Made by a program: the position numbers and the translations under genes. Under the pieces are notes generated by a model. That model was not told the DNA's origin. It ran no database searches and was given only the letters and a program-made list of their open reading frames with translations. A stretch of 64,000 nucleotides of DNA, taken from the NCBI GenBank assembly GCA_964558645.1, contig CAZLEV010000009.1:1-64000 (forward strand), given 5' to 3'. Shown here piece after piece: positions 1-9,544 of the stretch. How positions within the stretch are numbered: the stretch's first letter is position 1; each line of letters opens with the position of its first letter. Origin of the DNA: an uncultured archaeon (lineage in GTDB: Archaea > Asgardarchaeota > Thorarchaeia > Thorarchaeales > Thorarchaeaceae).

Positions 1-676
1 CTGGTTTCGACGAGTACCTGATGAGCCTTCGAACCAATCTTGTTGGCAGTTTGGTACCGTTCTTCTTCTCGCCTGGTTGATACTCTCGCTTGAGCTCCCA
101 GACATCAAGGGGATAGTGCTTGATCTTATTGAAGTAGTACTCATCCTTATCCTTAACCACTAGAAGGATATGATAATGACTGGTCACGAACTTGTAACGC
201 GTGAACAGACCGAAATTGTATTTCCAGATGATATGGTTGATGGTTTCGAGGCCCAAGTCCTTGGTGGCTCTGATGACATCATCCAGATGGTTCCATCCAC
301 TGAAGATGTACATCGAACCGTGCGCCTTGAGGAGATGTTTGGCCTCTTTCATCCAAGTATGGGAGAACGTGTAGTAATCGCTCTCGACCTCCTCATATCC
401 CTCTACCACATTGTCTGCATCCCGGTTGTAGGCACTACTCTTCCCATCGAAGTCTATTCCAAAGGGCGGATCTGCAATCACTAGATCAACGCTTGATTTC
501 TTGAGAGATCTCATTCCGCTGACACAGTCCTCATAGAGCACTGAATCAAGCGGCACGCTCTCGAAGGGACTCCTCCGCTTTCGGAACAGACTCTTCGCCT
601 GTCTGGCAGTCCAAGTGTCCGGATCGTGATAGAACTCCGCAAGATGGGGAATGTATCTCCTCTTTCGCTTTCCCAT
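1..676 (-). CDS. Site-specific DNA methyltransferase (N4-C/N6-A, beta class), 3' end runs off the window
   Basis: Manual translation from ATG 676: MGKRKRRY...LYEDCVSGMRSLKKSSVDLVIADPPFGID...GSMYIFSGW...NHIIWKY...DVWE...TKLPTRLVRRLIRYSSKP. DPPF catalytic motif IV comes first, as in beta-class enzymes. Absent from the ORF track because it has no stop in the window. Confidence 0.9.
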   Translation of the reverse strand, partial: MGKRKRRYIPHLAEFYHDPDTWTARQAKSLFRKRRSPFESVPLDSVLYEDCVSGMRSLKKSSVDLVIADPPFGIDFDGKSSAYNRDADNVVEGYEEVESDYYTFSHTWMKEAKHLLKAHGSMYIFSGWNHLDDVIRATKDLGLETINHIIWKYNFGLFTRYKFVTSHYHILLVVKDKDEYYFNKIKHYPLDVWELKREYQPGEKKNGTKLPTRLVRRLIRYSSKP

Positions 677-778
677 GGGCAGCAACTCGCGACATTTTAC
701 TCGAAAAGGCTTTTAGCTTTTTCGGTACATGCCCCGTGAGCGGATTCAGTATGTGAACAGGTCGGATATAAGTCATCT

Positions 779-787
779 CACGGCGAC
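779..787. repeat. Left target-site duplication CACGGCGAC
   Basis: Identical copy at 1774-1782, both directly abutting the TIRs. Confidence 0.95.
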
Positions 788-1773
788 GGCTCTGTAGAAT
801 AAATCACCTCCCAGCACACTCCAAGTAGTTCAAGCGTTCGATGTTGTGCAACACCACTCTGATCAACAACTCTCTTCGTCGTTCCATCCCACCTCTGGAA
901 CTGAGACTTCCACCATGCCGCAACTTCAGCATGCTGAACACGGTCTCCACAAGACTCCTCTGTCCGTACCTGTGAACTCTCTTCCACTCCTCAGGGTCCG
1001 CTCGATACTCCCTCACCATCCTCCCATATGCCCAGTGACTCCTTGAGTTGCTACTCGAACTGCTCTTCGACTCGGTAGCTGGATATGCTCCGAGGTCCGC
1101 GATGAACTGGACATTCCTCCGTGAGATGTATGCCCTGTCACCATAGACGGTCTCAAGACTCCTCTTTGAGACCCTTCTGACCAGGGGGACCATGAACCTT
1201 GGGTCACCTCCCGGCTTATCTCTGACCCGAGTCGCATGGATCAACAGAGTGTCAGTGTCCACAGCATTGTGGAGCGCGTGGAAACGCCTTCTCCGGGTCT
1301 TCTTGAACCTCACCGAGACCCACTCTCCACCAGTGGAGTGAGAGAAGCCGGAGGAGTCCACAGCCAGGGTCTCTGGAGGAGGTCGCTTCCTGGCAAGGAG
1401 TTCGTACATTCGGTGAAGGAGCTGCGTGTCAATCCTCTTCAGGGCCTTGTGGAGAGAGGAGTAGCTTGGCGTTCTGTCAAGGCCAAGACGTTGTGACAGA
1501 TATGGATTGAAGTCCACAAAGGCGACGAAGTCACGATAGCTGAGTCCAGTGTCGAACTTGAGTCCAAGAAGGACGAAGAGCGCGGGAAGAGGAAACTCGA
1601 CCGGGCGACCGTGCTTGTACCTGGTGTCAGGAACAGTATTGTAAAGGCTCAAAAGCTCGTCAAGCAAGAAGTAATACCGGCGGGTCTTGGCCGCATCGTA
1701 TGATGAGTAGTATGACATAAATCATGTGACGTGGTCATTCCGCCTCTCAATTCTTGTATTATTCCACAGGGCC
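788..1773 (-). mobile_element. Complete IS5-family insertion sequence (IS903-like ends), 986 bp
   Basis: TIRs GGCTCTGTAGAATAA (788-802) and revcomp GGCCCTGTGGAATAA (1759-1773), 13/15 identical. Perfect 9-bp direct repeat CACGGCGAC at 779-787 and 1774-1782. Single transposase inside. Confidence 0.95.
804..1718 (-). CDS. IS5-family DDE transposase
   Basis: LAVDSSGF (D), YGDRAY (D), YGQRSLVETVFSMLK (Y-R-E-K signature). Fills the space between the TIRs. Confidence 0.92.
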   Translation of the reverse strand: MSYYSSYDAAKTRRYYFLLDELLSLYNTVPDTRYKHGRPVEFPLPALFVLLGLKFDTGLSYRDFVAFVDFNPYLSQRLGLDRTPSYSSLHKALKRIDTQLLHRMYELLARKRPPPETLAVDSSGFSHSTGGEWVSVRFKKTRRRRFHALHNAVDTDTLLIHATRVRDKPGGDPRFMVPLVRRVSKRSLETVYGDRAYISRRNVQFIADLGAYPATESKSSSSSNSRSHWAYGRMVREYRADPEEWKRVHRYGQRSLVETVFSMLKLRHGGSLSSRGGMERRRELLIRVVLHNIERLNYLECAGR

Positions 1774-1782
1774 CACGGCGAC
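1774..1782. repeat. Right target-site duplication CACGGCGAC
   Basis: Identical copy at 779-787. Confidence 0.95.
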
Positions 1783-1855
1783 CTTGTGGTCAGTACCGCG
1801 AGTTGATACATAATGGATCCCAGGACTGCTTGAGATTTCGGAGTATTCCTACTCA

Positions 1856-2146
1856 CTATTCAAAGAGCATATCGATGAGGCCATCGATGATATCTTTCTT
1901 GATGTCCGATTCCATCATCTTTCGTGTTTCTTGGGCCGCAAGGGTACTAGCTTCCTGCCAAGTCTTGTCCTCTATGACCAGATACGAAAAGATTCGAGAA
2001 ACGAGTTCTTTGAGATACTCATCAGGATCACGAATGTGCGACTTGGAGCTCATATCTAGAACTATGTCCGCATCAAGATAAGTTTCACGCGTTGAATCCA
2101 GATGGTGGGGTCGCATGGATGCTGACTCTTTGAGATTCGGACGCAT
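1856..2146 (-). CDS. Small helical hypothetical protein (start uncertain)
   Basis: 96-aa ORF with protein-like acidic, helical composition. Divergent from 2201. Confidence 0.5.
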   Translation of the reverse strand: MRPNLKESASMRPHHLDSTRETYLDADIVLDMSSKSHIRDPDEYLKELVSRIFSYLVIEDKTWQEASTLAAQETRKMMESDIKKDIIDGLIDMLFE

Positions 2147-2200
2147 ATCAGCTTAAGGGGGCGCTTATTAGAGAATCGTGCCCACACGCGTGGGCACGGC

Positions 2201-2428
2201 ATGGTGTTAAACGAGAAGCTGGATATCGGACTCGCACTGGAGATCGCCCGACAGGCCAGGATAGATGCATTGAACGGAGTCCCAGAGATGGCCACCCGAC
2301 GTCAGTGCAGAGGTGACGACGATCTGAATCTGCTGGCCATTGACGTGAAGCGTGCCCTAGAACACGAGTTAAACGTGGCGGCTGAAGTCAGACTGCACAC
2401 GTGGCTGGCTCCGTGCCGAACCGGATAG
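2201..2428 (+). CDS. Small hypothetical protein
   Basis: 75-aa ORF with a TTATTA box ~30 nt upstream. Confidence 0.45.
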   Translation: MVLNEKLDIGLALEIARQARIDALNGVPEMATRRQCRGDDDLNLLAIDVKRALEHELNVAAEVRLHTWLAPCRTG

Positions 2429-2456
2429 TCATACTTGAGAGTATCTCACTGCGGCC

Positions 2457-3206
2457 TCATTTCATGAAATTGTCGACAACCAGGTTCTTGAGAACATCTC
2501 TCAGCAGTGGGGACGGAGTATCTGCCTTCACAGCAGCGCCTTGATCTGAATAGTAGATTGATACATTGGTTCCCTCAATCTGGATTGACCCATCGAATAC
2601 GTAATCATTCTTGAGCCAAGGAAGGATGCTCATCTTGGACGAGTCCCAAGAAAATGTCACAACAATATCGGGTTCGAATCTGACCATCACACCAACATCC
2701 ATCAGTGCTCGAAAGACTGTTCCACGACCGGCCACCACGAAGTCGATGAACTCGTCGATGCCGCCGAAAGCAATCTGTCTACTACAGATACACATGATAC
2801 CTACCAGTTCCTCGTCATCATTCTCGAGGGGTATGAGATCATATTCTATGCTGTTTGTGCCCACTCTTGAGACAACACGAAGCCGATCTTGCATCTCAAG
2901 TGTTGCAGACTCGATACGCGTGAACGCCTTCACTCTCACAAAACTGTCCCTCAGCTCGGACAGTGACATGGAGAGCGGGGGAAAGGAGAATGTTGCAAGT
3001 CCGGAGGCAGTAATGGTGGTATTTCTGTGCCTAATGGGAAACGTAAGTCGCGCCCACCTGAACATGGCTTTCGGCCTCAGAAAGAGAACCAAGAGAGTCA
3101 CCGCGATTCCAGCCAACCAACCGAAGAACTGGTCAACGAAGATTTGCCAGATCCAGCCAAGACCGTTAAGAACCCACTCGAACTGCAATAACATCAGCTC
3201 ACACAC
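2457..3206 (-). CDS. Hypothetical protein with N-terminal transmembrane segment
   Basis: 249 aa. Hydrophobic FFGWLAGIAVTLLVLFL, then an alpha/beta soluble region. Overlaps the upstream ORF. Confidence 0.75.
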   Translation of the reverse strand: MCELMLLQFEWVLNGLGWIWQIFVDQFFGWLAGIAVTLLVLFLRPKAMFRWARLTFPIRHRNTTITASGLATFSFPPLSMSLSELRDSFVRVKAFTRIESATLEMQDRLRVVSRVGTNSIEYDLIPLENDDEELVGIMCICSRQIAFGGIDEFIDFVVAGRGTVFRALMDVGVMVRFEPDIVVTFSWDSSKMSILPWLKNDYVFDGSIQIEGTNVSIYYSDQGAAVKADTPSPLLRDVLKNLVVDNFMK

Positions 3207-3931
3207 CTAAGTACCAAATCGATGATATCCAGAAACCATTCCTCACGAACCTGTGGATGTTGAACGTATAAATACCCTAAGCTATTGACAACGAATGTCA
3301 ACCGGTGGCGCTCAGCGGTCTCTTGCCATGTAAAGGCCATCAGATCACGTTCTCTGCCTCGACGGTCAGTATTCCTAGCATAGCGGTCGTCACTCAGTTT
3401 TGTCCTTGTGTTAGGCGATTTGAGATCAATTGTCCCGATTCCGGGATCCATCTCATCCACTACTCTCTTGCGCACATCGATGATATCATCATGTGACAGG
3501 ATGCAGTCTTGTATACGCCTATTCAGGTAGATACTCCTCAGGCCAAATGATGACAGAAGGCGGGATATGTGTCTGGCAACACTTCTCTTCGCAGAAATAA
3601 TAACCATGGGACCCATCACAGTGTCTAACATGTAGTAACGAACGTAGTAAGGACGCTTTTCTTCATATATGCGCTCGAAGTCTACCTTTTGCTTCTCTTC
3701 GAACACCAATATCCCTTTGCTTGCTGATTCGATCCTGTCACCACCATTATAGGGCAACCTTGCCGCCGGCCGATAGTTCATCAAGTATCTGTCGCCAGGT
3801 CCGTCCTCTCCATCGTATTGTCCGATCTTGCGGTTCACTCTGTTCAGAAATGACACCACATCCAAAGCTGGTTCCACGAAGAAGAGCCATGCTGTGGGAC
3901 TGGTCAATATTGTATGCTGTTCCCCCGACAT
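3194..3931 (-). CDS. Hypothetical soluble protein (operon partner of 2457-3206)
   Basis: ORF track 3194-3973. The TATA (TTTTATA on minus, ~3981-3987) lies too close to ATG 3973, so ATG 3931 (MSGEQH) is preferred. Confidence 0.75.
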   Translation of the reverse strand: MSGEQHTILTSPTAWLFFVEPALDVVSFLNRVNRKIGQYDGEDGPGDRYLMNYRPAARLPYNGGDRIESASKGILVFEEKQKVDFERIYEEKRPYYVRYYMLDTVMGPMVIISAKRSVARHISRLLSSFGLRSIYLNRRIQDCILSHDDIIDVRKRVVDEMDPGIGTIDLKSPNTRTKLSDDRYARNTDRRGRERDLMAFTWQETAERHRLTFVVNSLGYLYVQHPQVREEWFLDIIDLVLRCVS

Positions 3932-4013
3932 TGGAATCCCAACACTTGCATGTGTATATCCTAATAAGGACATGCCGAGCTATAAAAGTCATTCTGGGCC
4001 ATCAAATGAGCCC

Positions 4014-4496
4014 TCATCGGTTCTTCGATCTCTGCTGTGATGATATGGCATTCCAGACCGCTTCAACAAAGCCGGCCGACCCCTCGAGTTTGAAGACCTC
4101 AGCGGGGGTATAGATTCTGACCGCTTCCCTTTTCACGAGCGCCCAGAGCATGATGAACACGACGCCAAGCATCATGAAGGGGAGCATGAAATAGAGTCCC
4201 CCGGGGCCATAGAATAGCATTGCCATGCCAGGAATGAACACAACGAAGAATGGCCAGAGCAACAGAATTATCCCTGCTGCAAGCATTTTTGATCCAAATC
4301 TCCGCCACTTCTCCATCCATGCTGCCCCAATGAAGGACAACAGGAGCTCGAAGGTCGTCCAGGTCTTTCCTTTGGCAATCAGTCGGTTACTGTCAATGCG
4401 TATCTCCACGAATTCGATATCGTTGATCTCAAACTTCTCTGAACGTTGGAACTCCTCAGAATACATGTAGGAAGTTTCTTGGTCACGTACCTCCAT
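4014..4496 (-). CDS. Two-TM membrane protein
   Basis: 160 aa with two hydrophobic helices. GGAGTGGTGA SD and TTATAT box upstream. Confidence 0.75.
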   Translation of the reverse strand: MEVRDQETSYMYSEEFQRSEKFEINDIEFVEIRIDSNRLIAKGKTWTTFELLLSFIGAAWMEKWRRFGSKMLAAGIILLLWPFFVVFIPGMAMLFYGPGGLYFMLPFMMLGVVFIMLWALVKREAVRIYTPAEVFKLEGSAGFVEAVWNAISSQQRSKNR

Positions 4497-4702
4497 ACGA
4501 TCACCACTCCAAAGGAGTACATTCCGCTGGGATATAAGACTTCTTCGTACTTGTAGCGCTCTTGCAGCAGATGCCGAGCCTCTTGTTCTCCTGTCAAGAA
4601 CTCCATGATTCTATTCTTAGATATGCTTGAGGCGAATGAAGCATAATCCCTCTCATGGTTGTCAATTCACGCCCCTATGAGAAATCGTTCTACGGGAGCG
4701 CA

Positions 4703-5215
4703 TCACTCAGTTGCTTCTATCTCGTACAGTCGGTCTTTCAGCTTCTGAAGCCATTCAGTATGCTCGCCTATTTCCAGAAGAATATTGGCTGCCAAGTCTT
4801 TCTCATCCTCGACGAGGGCCATTCGATGAACAGCTCTCAGAAAGGCCCGATTCATAATGATTGCCCTGGCCAATACCCGCATGTTATAGACTGGCTCAGT
4901 CGGGGCCCTTCGCCTTTCGACATATTCAAAGAAAAGATACTCAACTCTAGACCTCCGTTCCAAAAGCTCGCCCATAACTTTGACCTAAGAGACTCTTCGT
5001 CAGTTATCAGGCTTGATGATGTAGAGCAGCAACAAGAGTCCGATGCCGATTGTAATCAGAAGGATTCGGAGATGAGTCTCAGAGACCCATAGCTCAAGCC
5101 CCATAAGACCCACTGCCGCGGTGACTGTCGCCACAAGTAGCATTATAATCCAGTACACTCTCTGTTGAAAGGGTATTTCCAATTTGGACTGCACTTCTGA
5201 GAGTCTTTCATTCAC
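4703..5215 (-). pseudogene. Probable disrupted 2-TM protein (ORFs 5000-5215 and 4703-4975 in the same frame)
   Basis: Same reading frame, separated by only 8 codons, with TGA (5000-5002) and TAG (4985-4987). Could alternatively be two small genes. Confidence 0.45.
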
Positions 5216-5221
5216 TACCCT

Positions 5222-5343
5222 TTACCCCCCTTCAAGCATCTCCTGGATCTCTTTGAGCTTCTGAGCTACTCGTTTTCCCTTCTCCGTGATCACCAGGTAG
5301 GTGAGCGGGCGCGGCCCACCTCCATCTCCTCGCGAATCAGGCC
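5222..5343 (-). pseudogene. C-terminal remnant of a winged-HTH regulator
   Basis: GLIREEMEVG / frameshift / LTYLVITEKGKRVAQKLKEIQEMLEGG*. The wing + LTxKG helix resembles the end of the 15690-15983 protein. Confidence 0.7.
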
Positions 5344-5544
5344 GAAAGGAGGTTTCAGGTCCAGCTCCTGCAGGTGGTTCTATCCAAGTTTGAGTCTCTG
5401 CAGGCTGGTGCAGTCTGAGAGGGGGCTCGGGTCGATGGATTTGATGCTCTTTTGAGATAGGTCAATATATTCAACCCGAGGATCGAAGGCTTCTTCTTTC
5501 GTTTCTCCATCCTCTGTCTGATATCTCAGTGTGACCGTGCCCAT
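5344..5544 (-). pseudogene. N-terminal remnant of a leucine-rich-repeat protein
   Basis: ATG 5544 with GGAGG SD. MGTVTLRYQTEDGETKE...YIDLSQKSIKSIDPSPLSDCTSLQRLKLG*(TAG)NHLQELDLKP: the LRR pattern continues past the stop. Confidence 0.8.
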
Positions 5545-5651
5545 GTATATGCCTCCATCAATCGGGTCGTTTGAGTTGAACCATATTGATGCCTTGCCAT
5601 TCTCAGGCTCTCGTTTCTCTTTTTCACTGGATAAGAATATAGAACCGACTC

Positions 5652-5947
5652 CTAGAGGTCTGCCCCACACTTCTGACAGCGTGTTAGACCCTGCTCGGTC
5701 TTTCCTCCCCAGAAGGGGCATATGATCAAGACCCGTGCAGTCTTCTCGTCCGACAGCATCTCCTCCAGAGTGGAACCTTCCTCTTGTACCTCTCAGCCAT
5801 AAGGCTGTAGATCTTCTTTCCATAGTCGTTCAGGAAGTACCTTGTCCTCTCCTTACCGTCCGAGTCGGTGCGTACAAGCGTTCCAATCATCTTATGGTCC
5901 CAGAGGAACTTCCAGAGTGAGTAGATATCATCATCGAGGTTTCTCAA
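5652..5947 (-). pseudogene. Frameshifted gene with wHTH-like segment and C-terminal zinc ribbon
   Basis: TRYFLNDYGKKIYSLMAE, then in another frame EVQEEGSTLEEMLSDEKTARVLIICPFWGGKTEQGLTRCQKCGADL* (CxxC-like first pair with C->W). Confidence 0.65.
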
Positions 5948-6233
5948 TCCGATCTCCCTGACCTCTCGTGGTGCTGATAACTTAAGAGTGTTTCATCCAG
6001 ATTGAGTAGTGCTCAGCCACTCCGCAGCAAGCAGTTATCTATTCTCTTGCTTAGAGGACACGTGGGTACTGGAACTGAAACACCTCTACTCAAGTCGACA
6101 ATTGGAACCACGCTCTGAGGTCAACAGTACTAGTTCTTGAACGGATACAAACATGAGCAACTAAATCACACTAGAGATAACATCACCATAGGTGAACACG
6201 CTAGCAGTCGCGTATAGCCGGTGCTAGCATGAC

Positions 6234-8459
6234 TCAGTAGTCGTAGTACGTGTCAGAGTAATAATCATCATCGCGTTCGTAGTCAGAGGTCGTATGCGAC
6301 TGACGGCGATACCATAATGACTCGCTCTCCCGTAGCTCAGCAATCTTCTGGTCAATCCTTGCATGGTACTTCTCGGAGAGGTGATTTCTGATCTTCTGGA
6401 AATCGTAGGAGGAGGATAGCGACCCGAGAACTCTCTCGATTGCCTCTTCGAGAGGCTGACTCTCCAGGATGCCAGGGAACGGTTCGATACATTGCAGGAC
6501 ACTGGACTTGTATTCGGCGTTCTTCAGAAGGGAGGCCACCGCCTGCTGGAACTCCTCGATCTGTGCCATCTCCGGATATGCAGCTAGATCATATAGAACG
6601 TACACAAAGTCGTATTCAGCGGAGTCCCAGTCCACCCCGCGACACCGGCGTGCATTCTCCCTGTCGGCCCAGTGCCTCATCAAGACCTTTGCGACCGCCA
6701 CCTGAACGCGCACCTCACCCATCACCGTAGCGTTCTTCGTCACCTGCTGAAGCGAGTGGGTTGAGTCTATCCCCCATCGGAGATAGTCCACGACGGCGTC
6801 CTGAATCCCTGTGTTTCTGCTCAGCCCCTCGTGATTCTTGATTGCACTCAGGATGCTCTCCGTACTCGCCCCATCTTTGATTGCATCAGCAATGGCGTCA
6901 TGGATCATCTCTGAGTCATAGAGCAACGGGACCTTACAGATATCCCACATATCGAATGACACTCTAGGTTCAGCAGTACCTCGTATCCGAGCCGCCGCAT
7001 CCGGGACCCGCGCCTTTGCTTCCTCCTCAAACTGATCCTTCAGCAACCCCATCTTATAGACGTCTGCAATGACCAACACAGGCCGGGAACTGCTCTTCAG
7101 GGCTCTCAGAATGGCCTCCTTGACAGCAGGGCGTTGGAGCAGGGCGGGATAGTCCCTAAGGATGCCCCGGCAGGTCAGACCATCTCGTGAGTCGCCTATC
7201 AGCCTCAACACCAGTTCAAAGAACTCCTCCCTCTCCATCAGCTCAGGGATATGACGTACGAGCTTCTGCATGTGTCCCCAGTCATGTTCCTTCACGACGC
7301 TCTCGATGACAGAGAGGTTCTCCATGACGATGGGTAGGGCTGCCTTGCCTACGCGGGCAAGGTCCTTCAAGCGGAGGTTGCCTGAACAGTCCCCTCTCTC
7401 CATCAGGTTGATCAGTGCCTCTGCCGCACGGATGTCGTGAGTGGCCCACAGCGAATCTCTAGCGGCGTTCCTCCTCCGGTGGTCTTTGCTGTTCGTGTAC
7501 TCCAGAAGCACATTCACGGCATCAGGATGGTTCACACCTGCTAATGCTGTCAGCACATGAGAACCGAGCTCATGATGTTTCACAAAGGGGCGGAGATGGT
7601 CAAAGGAGCTGGAGTGCCCGATTGCCGATAGTGCGCACATCACCCGCCAGATGACCGGGTTGTCCTCGGACTTCTTGAGTTGGTCATGGAGGACAGGAAG
7701 ACTCCGGGAGTCAGCCAGATTCCCTAACTCCACTGCGGCTCTTGCTTGAGTCTGCGGTCTTGCGACCACCAGTCTCATGCAGTTGAGAAGCAATCGACCC
7801 AGATGCTCAGAGCACTGGTGGAACGTGGAGGGAAGGAAGGAGGGGCACTTGGTCCTCGTCTTGAGTTGCCCGTTGAGAAGGTCGTCCAGGATTCCCTGTT
7901 CCTCTGGAGTGATCTGTCCCGTCACGAGTGCATAGCCGTAGTAGGTTCGGAGTATGTCATCGTGTGTGGGTCGGGTATCGAGGGCGAGGACCTCTTCTCT
8001 CCGCTGGTCGTCTATCAGGGGAATGAGCTGCTCAAGCGGGGTCTTCCTCAGTGCCTCCCCCCGGATGAAATACGTGTTTCCGTTCTCTATCTGAGTGCGA
8101 AGGACCTTCGGTGCCTTCCGCATCACCTTCCCTCGGAGCTCGCTCAGGCTGTGGGCCTTGAACCGTCCGAACATACGCAGGAGGTCGCCATCGATATCCA
8201 CCGGCATATCAAGGATGCTCAATAGTGCGTCCCGCAGGAGTCCAGGAGGGATGTAGTATACGTCGTGGTAGGTGAGTTGGAGGTGTCCCATGTCCTTCCG
8301 TTGAGCAACCCTGCAGAACAGCGTGATGACCTCTTGCCAGCCAAGCTCCGCCAGCAGCTCGTCAACCACCTTGCATAGCTCAGCGTGTCTCCGCAGGTAG
8401 ATCAGTCGAGCAAGGTCGGGTTCCACCGGGTTCAGTGGCGGGGTGAGTTCTGCAGTCAC
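6234..8459 (-). CDS. HEAT-repeat / alpha-solenoid protein
   Basis: 741 aa with HEAT_2-like units RAAVELGNLADSRSLPVL, MCALSAIGHSSSFDHL, LTALAGVNHPDAVNVL, AARDSLWATHDIRAAEAL. Confidence 0.8.
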   Translation of the reverse strand: MTAELTPPLNPVEPDLARLIYLRRHAELCKVVDELLAELGWQEVITLFCRVAQRKDMGHLQLTYHDVYYIPPGLLRDALLSILDMPVDIDGDLLRMFGRFKAHSLSELRGKVMRKAPKVLRTQIENGNTYFIRGEALRKTPLEQLIPLIDDQRREEVLALDTRPTHDDILRTYYGYALVTGQITPEEQGILDDLLNGQLKTRTKCPSFLPSTFHQCSEHLGRLLLNCMRLVVARPQTQARAAVELGNLADSRSLPVLHDQLKKSEDNPVIWRVMCALSAIGHSSSFDHLRPFVKHHELGSHVLTALAGVNHPDAVNVLLEYTNSKDHRRRNAARDSLWATHDIRAAEALINLMERGDCSGNLRLKDLARVGKAALPIVMENLSVIESVVKEHDWGHMQKLVRHIPELMEREEFFELVLRLIGDSRDGLTCRGILRDYPALLQRPAVKEAILRALKSSSRPVLVIADVYKMGLLKDQFEEEAKARVPDAAARIRGTAEPRVSFDMWDICKVPLLYDSEMIHDAIADAIKDGASTESILSAIKNHEGLSRNTGIQDAVVDYLRWGIDSTHSLQQVTKNATVMGEVRVQVAVAKVLMRHWADRENARRCRGVDWDSAEYDFVYVLYDLAAYPEMAQIEEFQQAVASLLKNAEYKSSVLQCIEPFPGILESQPLEEAIERVLGSLSSSYDFQKIRNHLSEKYHARIDQKIAELRESESLWYRRQSHTTSDYERDDDYYSDTYYDY

Positions 8460-9109
8460 GCTCTCCTCTCCCCTGTCCCCTGGTTGCCGACACCGGTCTC
8501 TGTCAACCTTGGAAGTATGTCAAGAGCAGGAATCGTCTCGACGCAGTTCATCATAACCTCGCAGTCACAGTACCCGCCATTCTCCCGGAGCCTGTCCTTG
8601 ACCGTCTCCGCGTCCAGCCCGTGTCTCTCGCAAAACTCATCCACTGCCACCAGCGGCCCCGAGCAACACAGGAGTGTCCTACCGTTCTCCCGTCTTGTGC
8701 ATCGTGAGTCAACATACTCGAACAGGTCACCGTAGGTCTTGACCTCCCTGTCTGCAAGCCCCCTCGCCACACAGACGGAACATACCTGATCTTCGGTGTT
8801 CCCTTCATCCACAAGGACCGGCTCGCCACACCTCACACACCGCGTCCAGTAGCATCCGTTGACGAGGGGCGGCACCAGTTCCATGTGGTCGTGCTGGATG
8901 TCGCCATCGATCTCATATCCCTGCGTCTCGAGCTCCTCAAAGAACTCGAAGGCCCATGCCAAGGACGACAGGACGTCTGCGATGGTGTTACAGTCCTCAC
9001 AGAGTCGGCTGAAGCGAAAGAGCCTGGGCCAGCAGTCGAGGCACCTGCACTGGTCTACGGGTCGCCCGGTGTTCTCGCAGCGATGACCGGCTGAGGCGTC
9101 ATCGTTCAC
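8456..9109 (-). CDS. Cys-rich protein with C-terminal DUF2695-like domain
   Basis: Several CxxC pairs. C-terminal LRENGGYCDCEVMMN motif. 4-nt GTGA overlap with the HEAT gene. Confidence 0.75.
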   Translation of the reverse strand: MNDDASAGHRCENTGRPVDQCRCLDCWPRLFRFSRLCEDCNTIADVLSSLAWAFEFFEELETQGYEIDGDIQHDHMELVPPLVNGCYWTRCVRCGEPVLVDEGNTEDQVCSVCVARGLADREVKTYGDLFEYVDSRCTRRENGRTLLCCSGPLVAVDEFCERHGLDAETVKDRLRENGGYCDCEVMMNCVETIPALDILPRLTETGVGNQGTGERRA

Positions 9110-9544
9110 GGCCTCTCCCCTCCTCGTTCATCGCTGAGTCTTCTGACAACAGTTCTCGCGTGGAGAGCAGGCGCTTGCCGGTACCCATCCCGCTGAGGAT
9201 ACTCTTCAGGGTCATGCTTCTCCGACTCATCCGAAATCCACTGGATCGCATCCATGACAGCTGGTGTCTCCTCTTCAGTTCTGACCGGTCGGGACGGATT
9301 CCCAACCCGCAGGTATCACTGGGTAAAGACTATCATAAGTTGTACCTCGGACCGGTCCGGGCTCTCTTGGCGGTCTTCTCGATGCACACGAGGATCCGGG
9401 TGTCGTGTTATGGCTATCACGGCCTAAGAGCTCCCCAGCCGTCACATATACAGTACATAACCCTCATTGCGTTCCCACATTGGACAAAGGTATACACAAC
9501 ACGATCAGATCCTATCATCTCCCGTGATGTCCAAAGAGAAGATC

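Noticed and set aside
170-484. Plus-strand 104-aa ORF
   Set aside because: Antisense shadow of the DNA methyltransferase
2668-2686. GGTTCGAATC tRNA T-loop-like motif
   Set aside because: Inside a CDS, with no cloverleaf around it
5380-5823. 147-aa ORF as a single real gene
   Set aside because: Only the part from ATG 5544 is LRR-like; the upstream part is an off-frame read of another pseudogene
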